A DNA stretch of 64,000 bases, taken from positions 1,650 to 65,649 of the forward strand of contig LCRX01000003.1 of assembly GCA_001004885.1 (NCBI GenBank), read 5' to 3'. A program made the position numbers and the translations under genes. How positions within the stretch are numbered: position 1 is the stretch's first letter; each line of letters starts with the position of its first letter. The DNA comes from Candidatus Magasanikbacteria bacterium GW2011_GWA2_56_11 (GTDB taxonomy: Bacteria; Patescibacteriota; Patescibacteriia; Magasanikbacterales; UBA922). Under the pieces are notes generated by a model. The model did not search any database. It had not been told where the DNA came from and saw only the letters and a program-made list of their open reading frames with translations. Positions 39,173 through 48,935 of the stretch are shown piece by piece.

Positions 39173-39685
39173 ATGCATTCCAAGCAGGTGGAAACACAAT
39201 TCATCACGGCCTACGAAGCGCATTCAGACGCTATTTTTCGATATTGTTATTACCGGGTATTCAACCGCGAACTGGCCCGGGATCTAACCCAAGAAGCGTT
39301 TATGAAAACCTGGAAAAGCCTGGCTGCGGGCAGCGAAGTGAGAAATATCCGGGCTTACCTCTACCGGGTGGCCAAACACTTGGTAATAGACCACTCGCGC
39401 AAGCGCCGCGAGGCCTCGCTTGACGAGATGAGCGAACAAGGTTTCGAGCCGGAAATCGAAGAGCGAGAGGCGATCGAGATTGGGATAGACGCCCGTTCAG
39501 CCATTGTCCATATCCGGCGTCTCAACGACATTTACCGCGAAGTCATGCTCCTGCGCTTCGTAGACGGATTTTCGCCCAAAGAGATATCGGCCTTAATTGG
39601 AGAAACCCAAAACGTTGTCTCGGTCCGTATCAACCGCGGCTTAAAGCAATTGAGGTCGTCTCTGGAATCAGAAAAATCCGTATGA
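39173..39685 (+). CDS. RNA polymerase sigma-70 factor, ECF subfamily
   Basis: Region 2 (AIFRYCYYRVFNRELARDLTQEAFMKTWK) and a region 4 HTH (EVMLLRFVDGFSPKEISALIGETQNVVSVRINRGLKQLR). Confidence 0.8.
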   Translation: MHSKQVETQFITAYEAHSDAIFRYCYYRVFNRELARDLTQEAFMKTWKSLAAGSEVRNIRAYLYRVAKHLVIDHSRKRREASLDEMSEQGFEPEIEEREAIEIGIDARSAIVHIRRLNDIYREVMLLRFVDGFSPKEISALIGETQNVVSVRINRGLKQLRSSLESEKSV

Positions 39686-40326
39686 AAAAAATCTTCCGTC
39701 TCCTGAAACGCGTCCGGCTGTCGGAGGGCGAACGCGCCCACATGAGGCAGGCGCTGCGCGAGTACATGGCCGAATACCCGGCACGTGTGGCCGACCATCC
39801 GGCCGGACAAAACCGTATGCCACTGTACCGGCCCGCTTTTTTCTTGGGCGTAACCGCGCTTCTCGTCTCTTTCGTCGGCGCTGCCTACGCCGCCGAGGGA
39901 ACGGTACCCGGCGATTGGCTCTATCCGATTAAAATCCGCCTGTCTGAAAACGCCGAACGTATATTTTTGTTTTCCGACGAAAGCCAGACCGAGTGGGAGG
40001 CCGTGCGGGCGGCCAGACGGCTCAAAGAGGCGGAGGCGCTGGCAAAGCGCGGCGAACTAAATGCGCCTGCCCGCGCTAAACTGGAACAACAATTCGAGCG
40101 CCACATCAGACGCGTGCAATCCGGACTAGCCGAATTGGCCGCCGCCGGACGCCAAGACAAAGCGGCCGCCCTAGGCCGAAAATTTGCCGCCTCGCTGCGC
40201 GCCCACGAGCTGATTCTCGAACGTCTGGAGAGCGGCGAAATCGCTGAATCTTTTGCTTTTGAGACAATAAACGCCGAGCCGACCAGCTCGACCAGAACAG
40301 AGCCCATCCGGCTCTTCGGCCGCTAA
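39682..40326 (+). CDS. Putative anti-sigma / DUF5667-like membrane protein co-encoded with the ECF sigma (4-nt overlap)
   Basis: Translational coupling to the sigma gene, one TM segment, and the motif DWLYPIKIRLSE. Confidence 0.45.
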   Translation: MKKIFRLLKRVRLSEGERAHMRQALREYMAEYPARVADHPAGQNRMPLYRPAFFLGVTALLVSFVGAAYAAEGTVPGDWLYPIKIRLSENAERIFLFSDESQTEWEAVRAARRLKEAEALAKRGELNAPARAKLEQQFERHIRRVQSGLAELAAAGRQDKAAALGRKFAASLRAHELILERLESGEIAESFAFETINAEPTSSTRTEPIRLFGR

Positions 40327-40425
40327 TCCGATTCAGACTGCCCCAGAGGGCGGTCTTTTATCGCGCGTGTAAAATGCTTACTCGGCCAAACTACGAAAAA
40401 AAATCTTGCCGTCTGGTAACCAAAG

Positions 40426-41379
40426 GTGTACACTCGTGTAAATTACGATTCCTCTATGCCGTGGATTAGCATCATTATTATCGTCGGTCTTATCGTCTTT
40501 GAGACCGTAAGCAGCGTTGACAACGCCATAGTCAACGCCCATATGCTGCGCACCATGAGCGAACGGGCGCGGCGCTGGTTCCTGCTTTGGGGTCTATTCT
40601 TTGCCGTTTTTCTGGCCCGGGGCATCCTACCGCTCCTGATCGTCTGGCTTACGGCTCCGAACGTAACTCTGCTCGGGGCCCTGCGGGCCACCTTTGGGGG
40701 CGACGATTTGGCCCGGCAGGCCATAGAGCAGAGCTCGTTCATCCTCTTGATCGGCGGCGGGATGTTCCTGCTCCTACTCTATCTCCACTGGCTATTTCTC
40801 GAAAAAAAAGAACCGTACTTCGTGCCGGATAAATGGGTAAAAGAACACCACGGAGTTTGGTTCTTCGCCTTGTCCGCGATTCTATTGGTTACTATTCTCT
40901 ACCTCACGCGCCACTCTCCCCTGGCTATGATTGCGGCGGCCACCGGAAACGCGGTCTTTTTTATTCTCTACGGCTTCCGCGAACTGGCGGAAAAAGAAGA
41001 GGCCAAACTGGAGCGTACCGGGCGATCGGATATTTCAAAATTCTTATACCTGGAGGTACTTGATCTGTCGTTTAGCATCGACGGCATCTTTGGCGCCTTT
41101 GCCTTTACGACCAATATTCTTCTCATTTTTATCGGCAATGGCATTGGAGCGTTTGTGGTACGCGAACTCACCATCAGGGGCATAAACCAAGTGGCCAAAT
41201 ACCGCTGGCTAAAAAACGGCGCCATGACTTCGATCGGTTTCTTGGGAGTCTTTATGATACTGGAATCACTCGGCGCGCACATACCGGAGTGGCTGCCCAC
41301 TGTTATTACCTGCGGATTGGTCGGCATTACCTTCTGGTCTTCGCACCGGCATCTGAAAAAAGCCTCTGACAGCGACTAA
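40426..41379 (+). CDS. TerC/DUF475-family integral membrane protein
   Basis: SSVDNAIVNA motif, polytopic membrane protein. Confidence 0.6.
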   Translation: MYTRVNYDSSMPWISIIIIVGLIVFETVSSVDNAIVNAHMLRTMSERARRWFLLWGLFFAVFLARGILPLLIVWLTAPNVTLLGALRATFGGDDLARQAIEQSSFILLIGGGMFLLLLYLHWLFLEKKEPYFVPDKWVKEHHGVWFFALSAILLVTILYLTRHSPLAMIAAATGNAVFFILYGFRELAEKEEAKLERTGRSDISKFLYLEVLDLSFSIDGIFGAFAFTTNILLIFIGNGIGAFVVRELTIRGINQVAKYRWLKNGAMTSIGFLGVFMILESLGAHIPEWLPTVITCGLVGITFWSSHRHLKKASDSD

Positions 41380-41405
41380 AAAAGAGGCTTACCGCCTCTT
41401 TTTTA
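41378..41405. terminator. Bidirectional terminator (aaaaaa-gaggc-ttacc-gcctc-ttttt)
   Basis: A hairpin flanked by an A-run and a T-run. Confidence 0.65.
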
Positions 41406-41416
41406 GTCGCCAATTT

Positions 41417-42691
41417 CTAAATTAGATACCGCAGGTAGACGTATATCGTGCACACGATCAAACCGACAATAGTTATGGGAACTGCTACTTTCATATACTC
41501 GCCAAATCCGATTTTGTGCCCCTCACGTCCGGCAATGCCGCTCACGACCACATTGGCCGAGGCGCCGACAATCGTCGCGTTGCCGCCGATATCCGCGCCC
41601 AAAGCCAGCGCCCACCAGAGCGGCAGAAGCGGCAATCCCGAAATCGCTCCGACATCCTTTATGAGCGGGATCATGGTAGCGACAAAGGGAATATTATCTA
41701 CCACGGCCGAAAAGATAGCCGAACCCCACAGAACAGAGAGGGTCGTGGCCGTCATATTGCCGCCGGTAACCTCAAGCAGCTTCTCGGCGAGCATCCGAAT
41801 CGCGCCGACCTCTTCGAGACCGGTAACAAGAATGAACAGCCCGATAAAAAAGAAAATCGTGCTCCACTCCACCTCGCGCAAATGATCATCCGGCTCACGC
41901 ACGGTCAAAAGCATGAGAAGCGCCGCTCCGGCCATGGCAATAGTGGCGCCCTCGAGGTGCGTAACGCTATGCGTGAAAAAACCCACCAGCACCAGGCCAA
42001 GCACGATAAGCGACTTGACGAGGACAGACCGGCTGCTAATCGCCTCTTTCGGGTCAAATTTCATGATAGCTGCCTGCGATTCGGGAGCGGCGACTAGCTG
42101 CTTGCGGTACCAAAAGTAAAGCAACCCCAAGGTTACTCCCGTAACAAGCAAAGACGCCGGCGCCAGATTGACCAAAAACTGGTTAAAGGTCAAACCGGCC
42201 GCGCTGCCGATGAGAATATTAGGCGGGTCGCCGATAAGCGTGGCCGTACCGCCGATATTGGACAAAAGAATGGTGCCGATCAAAAACGGCTTCGGGTTGA
42301 CTTTAAGGTTGTTTGTTACGACGAATGTTACCGGCACCATAAGGAGCACCGTGGTAACGTTATCAAGAAAAGCGGAAAAGACGGCGACGATACCGCCCAA
42401 AATCAGAAAAATGGGAATAGGTTTGCCCCGGCCCATCTTCGCCGCCCAGATGGCGACGTATTGGAACATGCCGCTTTGCTTGGCAATGCCCACGACGATC
42501 ATCATGCCGATAAGCAGGCCGAGCGTATTAAAGTCTATGCCCTCGATAGCTTTCTCCTGGTGAAGAATGCCCAGGAGTATCATGAGGGAGGCTCCTAACA
42601 GGGCGACAATCGTCCGATGAATTTTTTCCGATATAATGACTGCGTAAGTAAAGACAAACAACACGATCGCGATATAGAACATTGCCGGCAT
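41417..42691 (-). CDS. ArsB/NhaD-superfamily (YbiR/CitMHS-like) anion permease
   Basis: A 424-aa polytopic membrane protein with the typical N-terminus and internal repeat. Confidence 0.65.
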   Translation of the reverse strand: MPAMFYIAIVLFVFTYAVIISEKIHRTIVALLGASLMILLGILHQEKAIEGIDFNTLGLLIGMMIVVGIAKQSGMFQYVAIWAAKMGRGKPIPIFLILGGIVAVFSAFLDNVTTVLLMVPVTFVVTNNLKVNPKPFLIGTILLSNIGGTATLIGDPPNILIGSAAGLTFNQFLVNLAPASLLVTGVTLGLLYFWYRKQLVAAPESQAAIMKFDPKEAISSRSVLVKSLIVLGLVLVGFFTHSVTHLEGATIAMAGAALLMLLTVREPDDHLREVEWSTIFFFIGLFILVTGLEEVGAIRMLAEKLLEVTGGNMTATTLSVLWGSAIFSAVVDNIPFVATMIPLIKDVGAISGLPLLPLWWALALGADIGGNATIVGASANVVVSGIAGREGHKIGFGEYMKVAVPITIVGLIVCTIYVYLRYLI

Positions 42692-42721
42692 AAAAACGGG
42701 GGGATAACAACTAAAGAACAG

Positions 42722-43192
42722 CTAGGCGGAAAGACCGAGGACGTCGGCTATCGCCTTTTTGATATCAGTCCGGTTGAGATATCCAACAAGCACGCCGTCG
42801 TCATCCACTACCGGCAGCTGACGAATACGGAATTCCGAAAGAAGTGTGGCCGCCTCCATTAGCGAATGGTTGGCCTTGCACGTATGCACCTTGGCGGACA
42901 TGAACTTGGCTATAGGGTCGTCCTTGAGTTCTTTCACCCTCTCGGCGAAAACGTCGCCGGATTCGAACGCGGCCAAGTGCTTGTCCTCTTCGAGATAATC
43001 CGGCACGATATGCTGGATAAAATCCCAGCTCGACAGGATTCCCGCTACCCGGCGGTTTTCATCCACGACAACCACGCCGTTGGTCTTCGCGCTAAGCATG
43101 GTCGCAACCGCCTCGCTCAGGGTAGCCGTCGGCGCGATAGTTACCACCTCGCTGCGCATGTAGTCGGCCACTGTGTACTTTTTGTCCGGCAT
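42722..43192 (-). CDS. CBS-pair domain protein
   Basis: Two CBS motifs: VVTIAPTATLSEA...VVVVDENRRVAGILS...IRQLPVVDDDGVLVGYLNRTDI. Confidence 0.7.
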   Translation of the reverse strand: MPDKKYTVADYMRSEVVTIAPTATLSEAVATMLSAKTNGVVVVDENRRVAGILSSWDFIQHIVPDYLEEDKHLAAFESGDVFAERVKELKDDPIAKFMSAKVHTCKANHSLMEAATLLSEFRIRQLPVVDDDGVLVGYLNRTDIKKAIADVLGLSA

Positions 43193-43333
43193 ACGGATAA
43201 ATTAAGGTTAAACGGTCTGTTTAGACCGGCGCTAGTATAATCTATATACCGCCGTTGGTCAAGGATCAGTTCGCTCCAACGCCACGGCCGTGATTGACAA
43301 AATAGCTCCCAGAGGTATAATGATAACTGAAAT

Positions 43334-43768
43334 ATGAAGCAAACGCGGCTACACAGTCTCTACCGCCTGACAGCTTTTCTTCTGAGCATTATTTTTGCCT
43401 TTGTCTACTTCTCATCTCTGGTCGCCATGCATCCGGATCATGGCTTGGGTATGACGCCGACGACCGGCGGTTGCGCTTTGGCGCTGGCAGAAGGCGTCCC
43501 GTGCTTCATGAGCATCAATGAGCATATCAACAGTTGGCACAGCACTTTCCTCGGCATTGTGGCAGCGGGCGCGGCCCTAGCGCTTATCGTCATTATCAGC
43601 GCCTGGCTCATTCTGCCCCGGCCTCCTTTCTCTGACCAAAACACCCAAATGCGCGGCTCCGTACGGGAAAAAATCCGTTACCGGCGGCGCAACCCTCTTG
43701 ACCAAACTTACACCTACCTCCGACAAATTTTTGCCCAAGGCATCCTGCAGTCCCGGCTCTACGCCTAA
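43334..43768 (+). CDS. Hypothetical membrane protein
   Basis: ORF with two hydrophobic segments. Confidence 0.35.
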   Translation: MKQTRLHSLYRLTAFLLSIIFAFVYFSSLVAMHPDHGLGMTPTTGGCALALAEGVPCFMSINEHINSWHSTFLGIVAAGAALALIVIISAWLILPRPPFSDQNTQMRGSVREKIRYRRRNPLDQTYTYLRQIFAQGILQSRLYA

Positions 43769-43830
43769 TACCTCTCTCGTCCGTTTTGCTTCGAGAGTCA
43801 ATTTGGTATTAGGTTTTTATTATTTTCAGT

Positions 43831-45321
43831 ATGCCGGAAACACATGTCTACAAATTCTCGGCGCCGGGCATTAGCGACGCTGCCCGGGCCAGTGAGCTAA
43901 AAAAATTCTGCCGTAATTACCCCGGCGTTGTGCAGGTGGATGACAACCGCGACAAAGAGCTCCTGCGCCTCATCAGCCAAGAACCGCTCAATCTAAATTC
44001 GTTCCTAAACGAAGCCAAAACCGCCGGCTTTGAGCTCTCCGCTCTCAGCGAACCGCCGGCACCGCAAAAAACCCCGCCGCCATCTTCTGTCATGCGCGTC
44101 TCGATCGAGGGCATGACCTGCCGCAGCTGCGAACTGACTATCGAACGGGCCTGCGTCGGCCCCACAGAGGTGGTCCGTTCCAAACAGTTGGCCAAGGAGC
44201 GCCCCTCTTTCATAAGATTAATAGGCCTATTCGGACTAGTTTTCATGCTGGGGCTCATACTCTCCAATCTTGGACTCTTCCAAACCAGCTTCACGCCCGG
44301 CGCCGCCATGAGTTTCGGCGCCATCTTCGTCGTCGGACTCATTGCGGCGAGCTCTTCGTGTATCGCGGTTACCGGCGGACTCCTGCTCTCCTCGGCCGCG
44401 CGTTTCAACGAACGCTACGCCTCGGCCACACGGGCGCAAAAAATCCGGCCGGTCCTTATCTTCGTGCTTGGCCGGATTGCAAGCTACGCCGTCTTGGGCG
44501 GACTGCTCGGAGTGGTGGGAAGCGCGCTCTCGCCCTCGCCCGCCGTTACGGCCGTCATCACGATCGTGGCCGCTCTCTATATGCTGATTATGGGGCTCGA
44601 CATGCTCGGCCTCGCCCCGGTCTGGCTCAAGCGGTTCCTGCCCCGCCTGCCCAAATCCCTCTCGCACCGAGTGCTTGATGCCGACGACAAATCCCACCCG
44701 GCCATGCCGTTTTTCCTCGGCGCCGGCACGTTCTTCCTGCCATGCGGCTTTACCCAGGCGCTTCAGCTCTATGCGCTCACTACCGGCAGCTTCGCTGTCG
44801 GAGCCACGAGCCTCCTGGCCTTTGCCCTGGGTACCGCGCCGGCGCTCATCGGCCTGGGAGTGGCCTCGGCCTCGCTCAAAGGAAAAACCGGCAAATTCTT
44901 CTTTCAGTTCAGCGGGGCGCTAGTGGTGGTCCTGGGTCTGTGGAATATCCAGAATGGGCTGGCTATCGCCGGTTATTCAGGGCCAGACCAAACGGACAAC
45001 TTGCCGGGTCCGGCCGCGGCGGCCGACCCCGGCGTTGTCATAAAAAACGGCGTGCAAGTAGTAAAAATGAAGGTCAACTCCTATGGCTACTCTCCAGAGC
45101 GCTTCACGATCCAAGCCGGCGTGCCGGTCCGCTGGGAGGTGGACGGCACCCAAGCCGGCGGTTGCGCCGGAGTCATCATCTCCCGCCAGCTCGGCATCCA
45201 GAAGCTTCTCGAAAGCGGAATTAATGTCTTCGAGTTCACGCCGGACAAACCGGGAGAAATTAAATTCAGTTGTTCTATGGGCATGTACCGCGGCAGTTTC
45301 ACGGTCGTGCCCCAATCTTAA
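43831..45321 (+). CDS. Heavy-metal-associated (HMA, GMTCxxC) domain, polytopic DsbD/TauE-like membrane domain and C-terminal cupredoxin-like domain protein
   Basis: SIEGMTCRSCE is the HMA motif, a membrane core follows, and the C-terminal beta-rich domain carries YSPERFTIQAGVPVRWEVDG...FSCSMGMYRGSFTVV. Confidence 0.6.
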   Translation: MPETHVYKFSAPGISDAARASELKKFCRNYPGVVQVDDNRDKELLRLISQEPLNLNSFLNEAKTAGFELSALSEPPAPQKTPPPSSVMRVSIEGMTCRSCELTIERACVGPTEVVRSKQLAKERPSFIRLIGLFGLVFMLGLILSNLGLFQTSFTPGAAMSFGAIFVVGLIAASSSCIAVTGGLLLSSAARFNERYASATRAQKIRPVLIFVLGRIASYAVLGGLLGVVGSALSPSPAVTAVITIVAALYMLIMGLDMLGLAPVWLKRFLPRLPKSLSHRVLDADDKSHPAMPFFLGAGTFFLPCGFTQALQLYALTTGSFAVGATSLLAFALGTAPALIGLGVASASLKGKTGKFFFQFSGALVVVLGLWNIQNGLAIAGYSGPDQTDNLPGPAAAADPGVVIKNGVQVVKMKVNSYGYSPERFTIQAGVPVRWEVDGTQAGGCAGVIISRQLGIQKLLESGINVFEFTPDKPGEIKFSCSMGMYRGSFTVVPQS

Positions 45322-45334
45322 ACCCTTGCCCATT

Positions 45335-45547
45335 ATGAAAACCGCCATCAAAGTTACAGGCATGCACTGCGCCTCGTGCAAAGTTCTTATCGAAGATATC
45401 GCCGGAGATATCCCCGGCGTGCAGGCGGCCGAAATCGACTTCCGCACCGGGGAGGGCGTTATCGAGCACGATGAATCATTCGACCTAAACGCCCTCAAGC
45501 GCGAGGTCGCAGGCGCCGGCGATTATTCAATCGAGACAACCAAGTAA
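45335..45547 (+). CDS. copZ: Copper chaperone CopZ-like HMA-domain protein
   Basis: MKTAIKVTGMHCASCKVLIEDIAGDIPGVQAAEID. Confidence 0.75.
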   Translation: MKTAIKVTGMHCASCKVLIEDIAGDIPGVQAAEIDFRTGEGVIEHDESFDLNALKREVAGAGDYSIETTK

Positions 45548-45734
45548 CTCGCTCCCCCTATGTCGCCCATCAATCTTCACGATCCGGATTTCGACTCCCC
45601 CAGCCATACCATGGGTAAAAGCCCGGCCGGTCTTCCGGCCCGGTTCCTGTTCGCCGCCGGCATCGTGGCTGGTTTTCTCTCGGTGTGCACGGTTGGTTTC
45701 TTCATCCTTTTGGCAGTACTGATCAAAAACTAAT

Positions 45735-46373
45735 ATGGTCTGGCGCGACCGACAACAGGCCGGACAGAAGCTGGCCGAACGCCTGGAAAAATACCGCGGC
45801 AAACAAAAAGCGGTAGTTCTTGGCTTGCCCCGCGGCGGCGTAGTTACGGCGTATCAAGTGGCGCGTTACCTTGATTTGCCGCTCGACATTATTGTTACCC
45901 GAAAAATCGGCGCGCCGGACAATGAAGAATACGCCATCGGCGCCATAGATGAAACCGGCGCCGGTTTCTTCAACGACACGGCTGTCCAGGCGCTCGGAGC
46001 CGGCCCCGGCTACCTCAAGGAAACCGTGCGAAAAGAAAAAAAAGAAGCCGAGCGGCGGCTCCGGGCTTATCGTGCCGGCCGGCCGCCGCTTGATCTAACC
46101 GGCGCCACTGCTATTATCGTGGACGATGGCGTTGCCACCGGGTACACTATGCGCGCCGCGCTGCACTCGTGCCGGAAAAAAAACGCCGGCCGCGTCATCG
46201 CGGCGGCCCCGGTGATCGCGCCGGATACTATCCCCGGCCTCAAGGCGCTCGCCGACGAGGTCGTATGTCTTGAAACGCCCGAAAATTTCGGCGGGGTCGG
46301 ACAATTTTACGCCGACTTCTCGCCAACGACCGACGAGAAAGTCCTGTCATTGTTATCCCAAAAAAAGCAATAG
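45735..46373 (+). CDS. Phosphoribosyltransferase-family protein
   Basis: PRPP-binding motif IIVDDGVATGYTMRAA. Confidence 0.65.
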   Translation: MVWRDRQQAGQKLAERLEKYRGKQKAVVLGLPRGGVVTAYQVARYLDLPLDIIVTRKIGAPDNEEYAIGAIDETGAGFFNDTAVQALGAGPGYLKETVRKEKKEAERRLRAYRAGRPPLDLTGATAIIVDDGVATGYTMRAALHSCRKKNAGRVIAAAPVIAPDTIPGLKALADEVVCLETPENFGGVGQFYADFSPTTDEKVLSLLSQKKQ

Positions 46374-46433
46374 AAAATGCGGGGGGCGCGGTCAGTTGCT
46401 CCCGGGCGAATAATCAGCTATCATCCAGATACT

Positions 46434-47750
46434 ATGCCGACAGTTCGAATTGAAAAACTAGTCTTCGGCGGCCAGGGTCTCGCCCGTGTCAGCGCCCAAA
46501 AAGCGTCGGTACCGGACAAAAGCGGCCAAGTGGTTTTTGTCTGGAACGCGCTCCCCGGAGAAGAGGTTGAAATCGAATACCTGAGCAACAAAAAAGATTA
46601 CGCCGAGGCCGTAGCCACGCGCGTGATTATTTCTTCGCCAGACCGCATCCAGCCGCGCGAAGGCCACTTCCTCTCTTCGAGCCCCTGGCAGATGATGACG
46701 TGGGAAGCGGAAAATTCCTGGAAGCAAAAAATCGCGGCCGAAACGTACGGCCGCCAGGGCGGTCTGATTCTTGACCCCGGAGAGCCGGCGATAGAGTTCG
46801 ACAGCGCCGGCCAGTACGGTTACCGCAATAAACTTGAATACAGTTTTACGGCGCTCGCCGACGGTACTATCTCATTGGCCTTTTTTGAGCGCGGACAAAA
46901 ACAGCGGACTCCGGTTACCGAGTCATTATTGGCCGAGCCGGTCATCAACGAAGTTTCCGCGGCCATTTTGGCCTGGATCAACCGCCAGCAAATTCCGCTG
47001 CGCAGCCTAAAAAGCCTGATCGTGCGCAGCAATCACCGCGGCCAGGCGATCGCGGCGCTGTTTATCAAAGACCAACTGGTCTTCCCCGACTACCCCGCTC
47101 CAAACGAAAAACTAGTCGGCTTCCAGCTCTACTACTCTACCCACAAAAGTCCGGCCTCGGTGCCGACCAAAATACTGCAGAGCGCCGGAGAGAACCATCT
47201 GGTTACCGAGCTGCTCGGAACCAAACTCAAGTTCGGTCTCACTAGTTTCTTCCAAGTCAACATCCCGGTATTCGAAAACGCGCTCCGGGATATGGCCGCG
47301 TTTATCGGACCGCACGAGCCGCTTATCGACTACTACTCCGGCGTTGGCGCTATCAGCCTGCCGCTCGCCCGCAACCGGGCGGATACCAAACTGATAGACA
47401 ATAATGAAGAGGCTATCCAGTACGCAAAGGAGAATATTACGCTTAACCGTCTGCCCCACTGCCAGGCCCGCTGCCTGCCGGCGGAAAAAATACCCGAACT
47501 CATATCCTCCGACGGCGTCGTCGTCCTCGATCCGCCGCGAGCCGGGTTGCACGAAAAAATTATCCGCCGGCTGGCGGCGGTGCGGCCGCCGCGTTTGGTG
47601 TACCTGTCGTGTAATCTAAGCACCCAGGCGCGCGACATCAACCTCTTGAGCGACAGCTACAAAGTAGTCCACCTGAAACTCTACAACTTCTTCCCCCGCA
47701 CGCCGCATATAGAGGGATTGTGCGTCTTAGACCGGTTACGCAGTGATTGA
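46434..47750 (+). CDS. RNA (uracil-5-)-methyltransferase, RlmD/TrmA family (TRAM domain plus class I methyltransferase)
   Basis: N-terminal TRAM (VRIEKLVFGGQGLARV) and C-terminal VVLDPPRAGL...LVYLSCN. Confidence 0.75.
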   Translation: MPTVRIEKLVFGGQGLARVSAQKASVPDKSGQVVFVWNALPGEEVEIEYLSNKKDYAEAVATRVIISSPDRIQPREGHFLSSSPWQMMTWEAENSWKQKIAAETYGRQGGLILDPGEPAIEFDSAGQYGYRNKLEYSFTALADGTISLAFFERGQKQRTPVTESLLAEPVINEVSAAILAWINRQQIPLRSLKSLIVRSNHRGQAIAALFIKDQLVFPDYPAPNEKLVGFQLYYSTHKSPASVPTKILQSAGENHLVTELLGTKLKFGLTSFFQVNIPVFENALRDMAAFIGPHEPLIDYYSGVGAISLPLARNRADTKLIDNNEEAIQYAKENITLNRLPHCQARCLPAEKIPELISSDGVVVLDPPRAGLHEKIIRRLAAVRPPRLVYLSCNLSTQARDINLLSDSYKVVHLKLYNFFPRTPHIEGLCVLDRLRSD

Positions 47751-47811
47751 ACTCTTCCCAAGCGCGTGCTATAGTAAGCCAATTATTTTAGCAGTTTATC
47801 CGTCTCAACTT

Positions 47812-48468
47812 ATGAACCCAAACACCCGTCGTATTCTTATCTGGTCAGCTTTTACACTGGGACTAGTCGGGCTGCTGTTCGGCTTGGCGAAGCTTGGCAC
47901 CTCAGGCCAGGGAGCCAGCCCGGCGGCCGGTCTTGCGCTAGCTGTCCCGGTGACGGACGAGGATTGGAGCAAAGGAAACAAGGACGCCCCGGTAACCGTC
48001 GTCGAATACAGCGACTTCCAGTGTCCGGCCTGCCAACTGTACTATAAAATAGTCAAACAAATCAGCGAGGATATGCCGGACAAGGTGCGTTTTGTTTACC
48101 GCCACTATCCGTTGCGCCAGACCCACCCCAATGCCGAAGCAGCGTCCCTGGCCTCTGAGGCGGCAGGCATGCAGGGCAAATTTTGGCAGCTGCACGACGC
48201 CCTGTTTGAAACCCAGGACTCCTGGGCCAGGGATACCAACCCCGCTATTTATTTCGAAGACCTCGCCAGCTCCCTAGGACTGGACGTGAAAAAATTCAAA
48301 GAAGATATGAAAAGCCCGGCTGCTAAAAATAAAGTTGACCGCGACTACCGTTCCGGCGCCGGTATCGAGGGCACGCCCACTTTCTTTGTTAATGGCCGGC
48401 TGGTAAACTCTCCCCGCTCGTATGAGGAATTTAAGACTCTTGTTGAACAGGCGGCACAACCTTCCTAA
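47812..48468 (+). CDS. DsbA-family thiol:disulfide oxidoreductase
   Basis: Signal/TM segment plus VVEYSDFQCPACQ (CPAC active site). Confidence 0.75.
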   Translation: MNPNTRRILIWSAFTLGLVGLLFGLAKLGTSGQGASPAAGLALAVPVTDEDWSKGNKDAPVTVVEYSDFQCPACQLYYKIVKQISEDMPDKVRFVYRHYPLRQTHPNAEAASLASEAAGMQGKFWQLHDALFETQDSWARDTNPAIYFEDLASSLGLDVKKFKEDMKSPAAKNKVDRDYRSGAGIEGTPTFFVNGRLVNSPRSYEEFKTLVEQAAQPS

Positions 48469-48895
48469 GTGGCTCAGCGCGAGCTTCTTAGCCGTCGCGC
48501 TCATCGGCTTTGCCGACGCCACTTACCTGGCTGTCAACCACTACCGCGGCAATGTCCCGCCGTGCGCCATCCTTAGGGGCTGCGAAACCGTAACTAGCAG
48601 CTCCTATTCCATGCTGTTCTCGACTGTGCCGGTTGCCCTTCTGGGCGCGTTGTATTATCTTACTCTCCTGGTCCTGATTGTGGGCTATCTTGACACCAAG
48701 CGCCTAGGCCTGGCTCTGGCCGCTTTCTTTCTCACCCCCCTTGGCTTTATAGCCTCTCTTTATTTTTTCCACCTGCAACTGAACGTCATCGGGGCTTGGT
48801 GCGTCTATTGCCTGGGCTCTATCGCCAGTTCGACTCTCTTGTTCGCGCTCGGAGGCGCCGGAGCGAAATACAAAAAATTGCTCCTAGACAACTGA
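48422..48895 (+). CDS. Vitamin K epoxide reductase (VKOR)-family protein; start uncertain, overlaps the dsbA gene
   Basis: 4-TM protein with a Cys pair (PPCAILRGC) and a CxxC motif (CVYC). Confidence 0.65.
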   Translation: MRNLRLLLNRRHNLPKWLSASFLAVALIGFADATYLAVNHYRGNVPPCAILRGCETVTSSSYSMLFSTVPVALLGALYYLTLLVLIVGYLDTKRLGLALAAFFLTPLGFIASLYFFHLQLNVIGAWCVYCLGSIASSTLLFALGGAGAKYKKLLLDN

Positions 48896-48935
48896 CCGCG
48901 GCCGGCCAGTAAAAATTATTTTTCTTACCCGATAT

